A DNA stretch of 64,000 bases from Tricharina praecox (taxonomy: Eukaryota). Each line of letters starts with the position of its first letter. The stretch's first letter is position 1. A program made the position numbers and the translations under genes. Positions 12,701 to 25,800 of the stretch are shown here, piece after piece. The notes beneath the pieces are model-generated. The model saw only the letters and a program-made list of their open reading frames with translations. It was not told where the DNA came from and made no database searches. The stretch spans positions 2,356,001-2,420,000 of the forward strand of contig NW_026250403.1 in the NCBI RefSeq assembly GCF_024521635.1, read 5' to 3'.

Positions 12701-13600
12701 GTTCTTCCCTCCCCCCCCGTCCTCTTCTACGACTCCATCTCCTCGTATCTCGTCGGATTCTTTTATTTTATTTTCTCTCCCGCCCTTGCATCCACATCTC
12801 GCGCGCGTCTTTGTTTGTCTTGCCGAAAGCCACCACTACGGTACCCGCCTTTCCCCCCACCAACCAACCCCCTCCCAGAGTCTTCTTGAATCATCAATCT
12901 CCGCCAAAATCCCGAGGGTCCAACGCCACAAGCGAACAGTCTCCCCCAGATAGGTATTGATGTCACAATCGCCGGTAGACGCCGACGTCATAATAACAAC
13001 CACCTTCGCGGACTGTGCATCACCACCACTACCAACAACGACAACAACAACGACAACAATCCCCGTCGCCTCTCCGCCAATTCACAACCACTATCACTGC
13101 CACTGCCACCACCGCCACTGCCACATCTAGTCCGAACTGCCACACTCAAAAATCTAATCAACTTCTCTTGCCAGTTCCTACAACTACAATATCCTCCCTT
13201 CCAGTGCCAGCCAGCCAAATACAGTAGTGACCACACTCCCAAAAACTCCCCCAGCTCTCCTCTCCAAACCCCCCAGTCTCTCTCCACTCGTCTGGCGTGC
13301 CCTGCCTCCCTGCTTGCCCTTACCGAAAGCCCATTCCAAAGACTAACCACTCAACTCAACTCTCTCCTAAATTCTAATCCCACCACACCCACCCACCCCC
13401 CCCCCCCCCCCCCATCAAAAAAACAACCCCCCTCCCCCCAAAATACCCCCCCATATCCAACCCAATCCCACCCACTATCCTACTACCACCCCCCCTCCAC
13501 AAAATCCTAAACAAACACTCCCCCAACCCCACCCGCACCCCCCGACCGACGTAGCCAGCCTCCGCCCCGGTCGCCGCCCTGGAATTCTCAAGAAAATACC

Positions 13601-16600
13601 ATGAGCTCGCCGCCCAGGTCGCCCCCTACAACTCGGGCGTCATTCTCCTCTTCCACAAGTCGTCACAACATCCCCAACGTCAAACACCAATACCACCATC
13701 ACCTAAATCGCCCCGATAACCCACACTCCAGCGATCCTTCTACCGCGCTATCAATATCGCGGATAGGCTCAGGGTCGTCGGGATCTCCGCCGTCATCGGC
13801 CGTGCAAACTCCTCCACATCTGCCCCATCTTTCGGGCTCTTCCGCTACATTTGCTTCCCTGTCGCGACACCACCTCTCGTTGTCGAGTAACGGCCCTGAA
13901 GACCCGGCAGCAGCGGCAGCGGCGGCGGCTGCAACCAGTTCTCGGCTGGCGGGATTGGGCTCGGGAATGTCAATAGGTGGTAGTGGTGGCAGCAGCAGCG
14001 GAGGTTCAAGTTCTGCTGGGTCTGGTCCTGGGCCCGTCAACGGAGTTGTATCGCATGGTCTTCAGTCAATAGAGAGTCTCAAAGAGGTATTTGCCCTCGG
14101 TGCCGTAGACTTTCTAGTTCTGTCCGTCCTCGCTGTCGTTACTGCTGCTGCTCTGGCAAGGTGGACGGTTCGGATTCTAACTACTCCGAAGGCAGTGATG
14201 CGATCGCAAAATCGGGCACGGGAGCGTAGTCGCCTCCACCATGCCACATTCGCCTCCAACTCGCCGCCACTATCTACCGCCGAGAATTCTCCACAAGAGC
14301 TGCTGCACAACACAACCAAGCCGACAACAACAACGGCGACAACCGCAACTGCAGCAACAACGTCGTCGGCCGCAACGTCAACAACAATAACCACCACAAC
14401 GCAGGCATCCCCGTCCTCGTCGTCGAGACTTCCATCAGCCTCAGCAGCGGCCGTACGGTCATCTCAGCCGTCGAAGCTAAACCAATACTCCTCGACCGCC
14501 GATGTCCCCGCGCAGACTCGCTCGTACACACAGAACAGTTCCTCCCCCGCGATGATGTCTCCGGCGTATCCGTTTCCGCAGATGAGTCGAATGAGGAGCG
14601 TATCCTCCTCCACGATCGGTGCCTCGTTTAATTCCCCTGGTATTGGTCCGTTAGACAAACTGCTGCCTTCGGGTGCCCCGACGCCAGCATCCGTGGCGTT
14701 CCACCCCCCGGGCTCGAATCCCGCCTCAACCTACGAGAATCCGGATTTCCCGACCCCGAACATGTACGATCTGACGTTACTGTTGCACTCGGAGCCCGGC
14801 GTCGAGGCGTTCTGGAGCAACGTGGTCAAGATCGCCACCATGTGCTACAAGGCGGAGAGGGTTACATTGGCGGTGCCGTCGGATTCGACGGATCTGGAAA
14901 ACACGCCCTGGGGCCAGAAGGCAACATTCAACATGGCAGAGGACGATAAACTATCTCTGACCTACATGGGAGATGACCGAGGTCGGGTAGGTGATCCTGA
15001 CGGTGGGGATTATTCGGAGGAGGACGATGCATTTCAAGGTGTGGCAATCCCTAAGGAAGAAGAGCCACCCCCTAATGTGTCTGTGGAACAAGCTGGTGGA
15101 CAGATGATGACGATGGACTGCACGAGAGAGATGGATCTGGACACGACAACAGAGCCGGTACAGATCGATACGAGTCTGGATGGTCCGTTCGGACCGGTGA
15201 CCGTCGATATGCAGGACTCGCCCCCGGACGCTACCAACAACTCTGATTGGATATCGGTCACAAGCGGTGCGTCACCCAGAGAGGGTCCGGAATCTCCGGC
15301 GGGGGGGATCGATGCGGCGCAAGCACCGGAGCAGGATAAGACATTCTGGTCGGATGAGAGCGAGGTCAAGGGGAGGGTGTTTCCCACGCTCCAGCCATTG
15401 AACTACGAGGCGGATGCGCTGCTGGATGAGACGGGGGTCAGCAGGGTTCTGCAACGTGGAAAGACGGTAGTCCTGAGCAGGGAATACCGTGACGTGAAGA
15501 CGCATCTCGAGGAGAAGGAGAAGAAGAGGCGGAAGGACATGGAGAGCACGAAATCGTCACCGTCAAATTCTTCGTCCGATGGAAAGATGCCGCCCCCGAC
15601 CGCCGGTATCCAAGCGACTATGGGTTTGGGGAAGCTCGACATGCCGACTTCGCCTTTCCGGGCGCCTTCGCAGCCTCCGACGCCGTTGTTCTTCGTCGGT
15701 AAGGGAGGCCGAAGGAGGAGAAAGCCGTCGTCCAAAGACAACTACGCCCACAATCCGGTGCTGCAGTACTATTCGACGCAGCAGCACTTGCACCACGTCC
15801 AATCCCGAGCTCAATCGCCTAATCGAGCGTCTTCTTACGAGGAGTACGAGCAGCCCATCACTTCTCCTTGGAGCCAGTCCCCCGCTCCTTCCCCGGCCCC
15901 CCGACCCGACTCTTCGGAGAACCCCTTCTTCGCATCGCCGCCAAAGGTCGATGAAGAGACGTTCAATCCAGCCACCAATAGCCCTGTTTATTCCGCCCAA
16001 GAACCCGTGAATGCAATAGGTTGCGAAAGTTCGTGGACGGTTATCCACATACCGCTCGTTCATCCGAGCCAGTCCAAAGGCCTCAACCTGGGTGGTAATA
16101 CGACAGATGCCGCGGCGGGTTCCACTGGGCGGATGTTCAACGCCACAAGCATTTCGATGGATGATATCGGCAGGCAACAGAAGAAGAAGGCGCCGATTGC
16201 TATTCTGTCGATGCTGAGCCCTGTCATTCCTTACCCAAGCAATCTCATTCACTCCCTCTCTCATTTTGCCCCACTAGTCGCGACAGCTTTCTCATTGGCC
16301 AGCACACACTCGAGTGTACTGAGTCAACTCAATTCGTTCAGGAAGAAGCGCACATCCCGGAGACCGGGGATTCCGCGACAGCTCTCCTACATGTCCGGGG
16401 GGTTCGCATCGCCGGATACCTTGCGAGGGAGTGTAACCAGTCCGTCGGACAGCAGCAGTGCTTTTACCATCTCGAACGTTGCCAGTCCGATGTGGGACAA
16501 CGCTTCTGCCGGCACCGTCAGCCATGGACCCTCCGGCAAGTCCGAGACCAGCCAGTCCGTTACACCCTTCAGTCCTCTCAGTGGCGGTGGTGATGACGGT

Positions 16601-19600
16601 TATTTTCCCAGAATCAGACAACCGCCGATCTTTAGTCGCCAACACAGCGGAGCAGTGCCATCGGTGGTGCCGAAAGGCGAGGATCCGGAGTCATATACCA
16701 GTCTCGAAGCCCGATTACTCATGCGGGGAGATGAAGAGCTGCTGACGAACGATAAAGGCAAAGAGAATGGTTACTTTCCTGAACCACCCGCCCACGCCGC
16801 AAACAACACCACCGCCATTCCGAAGAAATCGACTTTCATACGTCCGCTGCCTCCCATGACGGTCCCCGATTCGGATGAAACGACCCCGACTCAGATGTCT
16901 CAGGATAAGGGAAAACAGGTTGAAAACAACAACATTGTGCCTCCTTCAGTTCCAGTCCCGGCCCAAGGTCAGGCCCAAACTTCGACAGAACGCAAGCCAC
17001 GAAACACGGTGAGGCAAAGGAGAGTAGGTGCGAGTCGCGGTCACTCATACCTTCATTCTTACGGCGCCGATTATGCGACCACTTTCCAGTCTTTGGGCAC
17101 TGCTGCTTTTGTTTCCGGTAGGCGGAGCGGTTCGGCCCGCAGAAGGGCGGACCACCTGAACATCCATGAGATGCCCCCTCCATCGAACCGGCTTCTGCGA
17201 ACGATTATTGACTCCATTCCGGTCCATGTATTCACCGCCATCCCAGGTACAGGGGTAATCACTTGGGTCAATGCGCGGATGCTAGCGTACAGAGGTACAA
17301 CGGCCGAAAATTTCATGAAGGCTCCGTGGGATGCTTTGCACCCGGAGGATAGGGATGAGTATCTTCGCCGTTGGGGAATCGCTATTCGGAAAGGAGAGCC
17401 CTTCTCTCACCAAATGCGCGTACGACGGTTCGATGGCGATTACCGGTGGTTTATGGTTCGAGCAGTGCCCTTGAGAGATCAGCGAGGGATCATCGTTCAC
17501 TGGTTTGGTACAAATATGGACATCCACGACCAGCGGCTAGCCGAAGTCAATGCAGCGAGGCAAGCAGAGATGGCCGAGAGTGAGCATAAGTACAGGAGCC
17601 TGGCGAACTCGAGTCCCCAGATTGTGTTTGCCGCCACGGCCAATGACGGAATCACCTTTGCCAACACCCAATGGCTCGGATACTCCGGTCAGACATTGGA
17701 GGAAGCCCTCAGACTCGGGTTTATGGAATATGTGCATCCAACCGACAGACATAAATGTTGTTTACCCGGCAATGGTTCTCCCTTTTCCGGTTTCTCGGAT
17801 GGTGACAAAACTTCATTTCCCGACCAGGGCAGGAGGTACGGCCATGAATGGTCTGGTGGGGCGGGCAAAGGGATGGGCAAAACGGAGATGGACGATGACA
17901 AGCCGACATTCTCGACCGAGCTCCGGCTAAAGGACAAGCATGGTGATTACCGGTGGCACCTGGTTCGATGTGTCAGTGTGGATTCGAATGCCGACAACGC
18001 GGAGGGACTCTGGTTCGGGACGTGCACGGACATTAACGATCACAAGCTCCTGGAGCAAAAGCTGAAGGAAGCCAACGAGGCGGCGCAAAGAACTATGGAC
18101 AGCAAGACTCGGTTCCTCGCGAATATGAGCCACGAAATTCGTATGGCCTCTCTACTGCGTGTTGCTGTTGTGAGATAAATACCGAGCCGTGTTTGTTGAC
18201 TTTTCCGGGAAATGCAGGAACACCTCTGATCGGCATATCGGGAATGGTCACTTTCTTACTGGACACACCGCTGAATGGAGAGCAACTCGACTATTGCCAC
18301 ACCATTTCCCAGAGCTCCGATGGTCTATTGAGCGTCATCAATGACATCCTGGATCTTTCCAAGGTTGAAGCCGGCATGATGCGGTTGAATCCCGAATGGT
18401 TCCGGATGAACTCATTGGTCGAGGATGCTCATGAACTTCTCAGCACAATGGCTATCGCTAAGGATCTGGAGTTAAATTTCATCGTGGATACCGATGTTCC
18501 ACCTGTTGTGTGCGGTGATAGGGTCAGATTGAGGCAAGTGTTGCTCAACATCATAGGGGTATGCTTCCTTATTCTTTGGGATTTACTTACATGACAATGG
18601 GTGTGTAATTCTAACCAACGTAACAGAATGCGATCAAATTCACCAGCAAAGGCGAAGTATTTTCGAGATGTTCGGTCGTCAAGACGGCGGAGGGCCTCAA
18701 GGAAGACGAAGTCATGCTCCAGTTCGAATGCCATGATACTGGCCCGGGCTTTGATACAAAGGATGAGGAGTACATGTTCAAGCCTTTTAGCCAGATCGAC
18801 GGTTCTAGTACACGGGCGCACGGCGGTAGTGGCTTAGGCTTGGTTATTTCGCGACAGCTGGTCGAGCTTCACGGTGGAAAACTCACTGCCCGGAGCGAGA
18901 AGGGCAAGGGATCGTGAGTGGAAATCTGAAGGCTGGATTTTGGCTGGACCATATAGGCTGACTGTTCGTAGGACTTTCGTTGGGAGCGCCAAGTTCAAGG
19001 TCCCCACCGCACCTTCGGAGACCACCCTTACTCCTGGAAGCATCAGCGCACCTTCTCCCGGTGGAGCTCTCCCGAACACTCTCGAGCATGTGATGGAGTC
19101 GGACCGTTTCGTCGACTCGCCGCCAGCCCTTTCGCACACGGAAGAATCGACTCCGTCCACAATTTCGCCGTCGAGTGCCGCTGCTTCGATTCGGTCCATC
19201 GCATCGGGGCATCCGGACATGCCGAACGACTCTCCTCTGCGACAATATGCGATTCCTTCGCCAACGGATCCTGCTTCGATGCGACTGTCCTTGCCCAGCG
19301 AGGCTCAACAGAAGTACAACGACTCGCAGGATTCCCGTCCCCATACGGTCGAGAAGCAAGCCTCGGTTGATGCGGCGATCGGCAAAGCTGCGATTCCCCC
19401 CATGTTCTCCATCCTGATAGTGTCCCAGCAACCCTTCAGTCGCATAGCAATATCGCACCACATCAAGGTCACATTGCCGAAGAATATCCCTAACCAGATC
19501 ACCTGTGTCGAGAAGTTTTCGGAATGTCGCGAGCTCATAGCCGGCGACGATCCTGTGGTGTTCACACACCTGGTAATCAGTCTCCCGGATCACTCGGAGA

Positions 19601-20589
19601 TAATCAACTTGATTTCACGGCTTCTCGAGAATCCGATTCATTCGCAGACGACCGTTCTGGTGCTGACTAACCCTACGCAAAGACAAGCGATCCTTCAGAA
19701 TGCGCCGGAGGCGTGTGACCAATTGGGAATTCGGCTGCAGTTCATCTACAAGCCGATTAAACCCAGTCGTTTTGGGGATGTCTTTGATCCAGCAAAGGAA
19801 CGGGATGCCTCGATGGACCGGTACCGGGACTCGGCCCAGCAGGTTGTGGAGACTCAGAAGAGGGTCTTTAGCCGGCTGGAGCATGATGTTGGAAATAAGG
19901 GATACAAGGTTCTACTGGTGGAGGATAACAGGGTCAACCAGAAAGTTCTTCTCCGTTTCCTGGATAAAGTCGGACTACAGGTGGAAACGGCGAGCGACGG
20001 CGAAGAGTGTGTTGAGAAGGTCTTCTCGAACCCGCCGGGCCACTACGGCTTGATCTTGTGCGACCTCCACATGCCCCGGAAAGATGGTTTCCAAGCGACA
20101 GCGGAGATACGGCAGTGGGAGAAGGAGAGGGGGTTGGACCCTGTGCCCATAGTTGCACTATCGGCAAATGTCATGAGTGACGTCGCCGATAAATGCACTC
20201 TGGCGGGGTTCAGCAGATATGTGACCAAGCCGGTCGACTTCAAGGAACTTAGTATGACCATCAAGGAGTTGCTACCGAGCGCGGATCACGCATCACCGGG
20301 AAGTCCCCACTGCAGGGATAGGGAGATCGAGGACTTGAAGGAAAGGGACAAGAGAGAGCTGGAGGAGGCGGAGGCACAGAAGATGAGGGACCAGGAGGCT
20401 GTAGACATTGTGCAGGAGATCGAGCGGCAGCGGGCCATCGTCGAGCCGTCCTCGCCGCGGTCGCCACGGGTGCCGATATCACCGCGGGTATTCGTCAGTG
20501 AGCAGCCGCGGGAGCGGGAGCACCAGCGGCAGCGGACGCGCGGCGAGGGCGATGAAAGAGCGGAGCGGGACAGACACAGGCAGAGGTGA
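13601..20589 (+). CDS. Hybrid histidine kinase, PAS-containing (probably fungal group V, HHK2/NIK-2-like): split GAF-like region, 2 PAS/PAC, HisKA, HATPase, degenerate receiver, receiver
   Basis: PAS motifs LHPEDR..YRWF and VHPTDR..YRWH; H-box FLANMSHEIR|TPL split by intron 18141-18217; N-box NIIG|NAIKF (intron 18559-18626); DTGPG and GGSGLGL; intron 18914-18971; receiver LLVEDNRVN..CDLHMP..SAN..KP. Probable additional intron at 14087-14191. Confidence 0.95.
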
Positions 20590-22054
20590 CTACAAGGCCG
20601 GGGGATCTTTGAGAGGATTGTTACGGGGTTTACCAGCATTTTTACACGGTCGGGGCGTTGAATGCATTTTTTTGTGTGCTTGTATTTTGTGCTTGCGTTT
20701 TTTTTTTTGTTTTTTGTTGGGCTGGGTGGGGATGGAAGGAAGGGGCGGGTTGTGATTGTGCTTGGTACAAGTTCCCTTAAGAGGTCCTTCCGGCCGTAGG
20801 ATCCGTGGCGGGGCGGGGGTGGGGGAGGGGGAGGGAGTGGGGGAGGGAGTGGAGGATGGTTGATGTCTCGACGGGCTCAGGAAGTGGAGTTTGGATGACA
20901 TGTCCCTTATTCCTTAATTATGAGTATTGTAGTATGCGTAGTACATACGATACGAAGTGGATGCAGGAAATGGGAATGGTCGTCATGGTCATGGGGAGCA
21001 ATGTGGATAAGGATCTTTTTTTCTTCTTTCTTTCTTTTTTGTTTTCTTTTCTTTGTTTTTGCTTTGGGTTGGGCATTTTGGTGTATATAAAATTCCCCTA
21101 GTTTTTGTTGTTGTCTCTTTTCCTTCCCTTTCCTTTCAATCTTATTCGATTTCGACTTTCGATTCTTGTAGTTTAGTTTTCTTCCTCTCGAGCCTTGTCT
21201 CCTTGTCTCTCTCTTCCTACGTTGTTATTCTCGTTTTGAGAGGGGGGTCGGGTTTCTTACCTAGCTTCGACTGGTATCTCGTACCCACTGCTCTTTTCGT
21301 CCTCTGTTATTTCACGGAATTTTACGAAACATAGTGACGCTGCTGCTGCTGCTGCTGCTGCTGCGGATGGGGGACGGGATGGATACATATAACTGGGGTT
21401 TACTTTGCAACGAACAGGATTCATAAGGAGAGCGGGGGGGTTGAGATGATGATGGTGATTGATGGACCGTGATGAACCATGGATGGAGTGGATAGATTGG
21501 TTTTAGATGCATTTGAAAACTGAATTGTTGCTCCATGAGCGGATTGTGTACCGTACCTTTTCGAGGCGGAGGTGGTTCATCGCGGGATGACTGCCATGCT
21601 ATGCTAGCTAGGCCAGTTTACTAGTGAGAACGGAGCTTCGCCAGGCGATGCTTTACCGTGCAACACTCCGTGTCAGTAAGGTGATCTACCAACCACTTTT
21701 GTAAGCTTGGATGCTTGGAATTGCAGACTGCAGTGTTTGAGCAAATCCGGCGTGAACCTCATGTTTCTGACAACACGTATTCTGCTTCAACACCGATTTG
21801 CGTGAGCCGTTAGCCAACACTTAACAGACACCCAAGGAACACGTATTTGTTCTAATTCCGCAGTTGATCGCCGTTTGCATGAACTTAAATAAGAATTCGA
21901 AGAAAGGCGGTGCACCGCATTAAACCCAAACAGCTACGGTACCAACAGAGCGAGTGATACCCGTGCCACAGCACCACCACCACCAACACCACCAGCACCA
22001 CCACCGCCTCCCCCGACGGAATATGGTTGTAATGCACAGAATGCTAGCGTATAA

Positions 22055-22140
22055 CCCTCTGTGGTGTAGTTGGTATCACACCGGACTGTAATTGCAAAGT
22101 TGTCATCCGTTGGTCACCAGTTCGACTCTGGTCGGAGGGA
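22055..22140 (+). tRNA. tRNA-Tyr(GTA) with 13-nt intron (TTGCAAAGTTGTC), copy 2
   Basis: Mature sequence identical to copy 1; followed by TATTGTTTT. Confidence 0.95.
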
Positions 22141-22863
22141 TATTGTTTTGCTGGCTTCGTCTTCTCTACTGCTAGGTGGAGGCGAAACGAAACTATTCTT
22201 TTTCTTCCATCCCTTTCCCTTTTACGCTTCCTTGCAAGCTTCTTCCATCACAAGTGGACCTCCGGATCGTGGCGAGGTTGAAGGTCCAGGTAGGGCGGGA
22301 TCGGTCTTCCCACTGCCGCATTCTCGGATTGTTCGAGCATTGATGTGGGTGAGGTATCTCCCAATAACTTGTTGGTTGGCCAGAGGGAGTTATATTTGCC
22401 ATCTCATCCATGACGGCGAGTGACGGTGCGTGGATACAGCGAATCACGAGAAACATGATCAATCCACGATTCACAGTGAACAGCCCAGACATGTGTAGGT
22501 ACTTTAGAGCTCTGTTATTTGTGCTGGTATTTTGACAGGCTACGTAGATACAGGGTATATATACGGCATCGGAAGAATACAACGCAAGCCTCTCCACCGA
22601 CAGTACATAAGTGTGAACGAAAAAGAGATCCCACTCTAGTTATCATCAAAAAAGAAAAAAAGAAAAAAGTGAGGGGGAACTAAGGGGGTTTATGTGAGTG
22701 AAAAATGATCTATAGTATGTACACCGAATAGAATAAGTAAAAATTTGCATGAGCCCTGCCTGCAAGTGGCCCATCATTGCAACCCCCTCCCACACACAAG
22801 CCAAGCCGTCAACTCCAAAAAATTCGTAAGATAAAAAAAAGGAAAATAGGACATTATATTTAG

Positions 22864-25800
22864 TTAACCGTCGTGCTTAGAGTTTCGCCTCGAACTTCGT
22901 TTGCTCCCTGCTGCTGTCGAGTTCCGGAATTGTTCTTGTCGGACCGGCTTCTCCGCCCCACTGGTCCCGCTGCTACCGCTACTCGCGAGCCAACCGTCCG
23001 ACAGGCCAGGCGGAAACTGATCGTCCCGGGCCGCGTTCAGTCCGAACACCTCCTCGCTGCTTCTTCGTACTCGGATAGATAACTCCTCCTCGGTGTGTGA
23101 GGAGCCCGAGCGGGAGTGTTGTGTTGAATCGATTATTTGCGTGAAAGTCATTTCCTGGTCCAAGATCATGCTTCCAGCGCGGGATCCCGAGGAGTTAATC
23201 GAAGTGGTGGGAAATCGTGGGGTTAGCAGCGCTCCGCTGGACTGCGTTTGCGTCGTTAATGGTCGGTTGTGATCCTCGCCGTCCAACTCCGCGACAAGAG
23301 TGGTTGATTGCGGCCGTGCTTGCATCTCAATTGCCATGCCTTCCTCCTGCAGCTTTTCGAGGGATCCGCTGCTACCCCCACTTCCCGATATACTGCCGCG
23401 TAACATCCCTCCGCTGCCCTTAGGACTCTTCGGACTCTTTGGGCCAACAGTGACGACTGTAGGGCCTTCGGTAGGCGTCATGACACGTCCCAAACTAGCG
23501 GTTCGTGCGTGGCCACGCTTTTCGCCACTGCTGGCGGGGGCGCTGGCTGTTGAGCTCTTGCTCTTGCTCCGAGTGATACTGACGATTCCTGGGGTTTGTG
23601 GTGGCGTCAACTTATCGAGATTCTGTGCTCTTCCTGGTTTGTACATTTTCCCCACGGTTGCCGATCGGTATAGCTGTGGTATCGGTTGGGCGGTAGCGAT
23701 GACAACGAAATCATCCGGCTCTGGCTCTTCGGCCATGGCATCGTACTCCCTCGCTACGGTTGATACTTCGCTGGTTCGACGCATTTTCGCGGACTGCGAA
23801 ACTGAGAGCATTGAATCCCCACGCCGCGAGCCGCTGCGAACGCTATTGTGCGAAGACGATGACGGAGTCGAAGAGAAGCTGATAACCGGTTGGCTGGTGA
23901 TGATGCGAGGGGTGCCGGGCGATTGTGGTTGTGGTGAGTACGGATATGCAGAAACGCTTTCCTTGTCGTAGGAAGGTGTCCAGGAGGGGGCCGAGGAGGG
24001 GGCGTAACGGATCGGTATAGTTGCTGTGGTCCGAGCAGAGGGATTCGTGTGAACCGAGCCCATGCCTTTCTCTCCTCCACGATGGTGGTGTGCGATATGG
24101 CCCAGCGGAGATTCGCCTTCATAGGAAGAAGCATCGGTGATGTTGATGCTGTGACGACCTCCATGCGGCCCAAATCGCCGGTTTCTGCGACGGAGATACC
24201 AAAAGATTCCGATAATAATGCACGCCAGGAAAACAATACCGCCCACGATGCCACCCACCATGGGACCAATATTTGGTCCACTGTCCGTGGTCGAAAATTT
24301 GCCATCAAAGATTCCGATCGACGACGGCGAAGCGGCTACCAAACTCTTCTCGCCGGGGTAAGGTGAAGGGAGTGCGCTCAAGACGAACTTTCCAATCGTC
24401 GACGGTGAATCTATGATGTACGCGTGCTGTAGGAAAGACCGTCCGAGATATTGTCCTTCCTCGGAGCCATCGGTGGTCGGTGATATGCGAAGGTACGTCT
24501 TGCCAGTCTCGTTGTGGGGAGTAAGAGGATTATCAAGCGATGTTTCGGTGACGATGAGTGACGACGCCGGTACACTGATAATCACTTCGGCGGAGCCATT
24601 GTACAGGGTGAAGCTCAAGCTGTAATCCGTCTTAGGAGTGCCAGTGTAGACATAGCCATTGATATTCTTGTCGAATTTGGGATTGCCAATGAGAGGCAAG
24701 AGGGAATCAAGGATGTCGTCCGAGAGACGAAGACCATAGTCGTCGTACACAAGACCCACATCTGTGCGGGAGTCCGCATTGGTACGATCGTCGAGGACAG
24801 CTGTCGAAGTTTCGCCGGATTTAACCGCGAGCTTTATCATGGACGCATGGAAAGCATGAGGCAATTCATCTCCCTTGTCGAACACTGCCCTCTGGGTATT
24901 GTCAACCAAAGCCTCATCGTAGCCTCCGAGTACTACCGAGCCGGCATGTCCCGGTGTTCCAAGACTCAGTGCGATGACATTCATCTCCTGGACCGGGGCA
25001 TTCCTCGCAGCCTGCAGCATACTGAGGGAAAACATTCCCCTTCCCAGGGTCGAGCTCGATATCAAGTCCATGGTAGATTCATTGAAGTTCATCGTCGATT
25101 TTGCCCCCTTTTCGCTTTGACCCTCAAACGTCAACGTGGTGGTCCCCACCCCCGTGTTGCTGATTTCCCATCCAGTCCGATTGTTTCTGTACGAGTCTAG
25201 ATAGTACTCTTGTTTCGTGAAATCCAAATCAAGAGACTGATTATAATATCCTCCATCGTTTGCCAGGTAGTTAAGGCACTTCTGTTGTCGTTTGAGTTCC
25301 GCCGGAGTGAGGGTCTCGACTTCGATAGTGGTGCCGCTTCCGCTGCTGGTGGTTGTCTGCAACGAGAAGTATCCCGATATCGACTGTCGCGCAGGTGAGT
25401 CGCTCCAGAGCATCAGAGAGTAATCGTTTCCGTTCTTAAGGCCCTCGTCGTGGAAGGTCTCGGCTGCATTCCACGGGTATTCACCGTCGTCGGCCATTTT
25501 GGCTGTTCGGCTTCCGAGTCAGCTCCATCTTGCACGAGCTCCTATGCTCCCGATATCACTCACATTCAACAACGGTAACATTTTTGGCATTACTACCGCG
25601 ACCCTTTCTCAACGTCAGACTGACGACTGCGTTTGCATCCGACGCTGGCCCCAATTTCCACCTCACAACCACCTGTCCGGCCCCAATCAAGCTACTCTCC
25701 TGCGATTTAGACGTTCCAACCACGACCACAGTTCCCGCCGTTGGCTGCAAAATTGGATTCCATCCCTCCTGACTAGTGGCGCACAACGCAGCGATCGGAA

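Noticed and set aside
4078-22140. Starship-like or integrative element bounded by tRNA direct repeats
   Set aside because: No tyrosine recombinase or transposase; the enclosed genes are conserved core genes and both tRNAs are complete with different introns.
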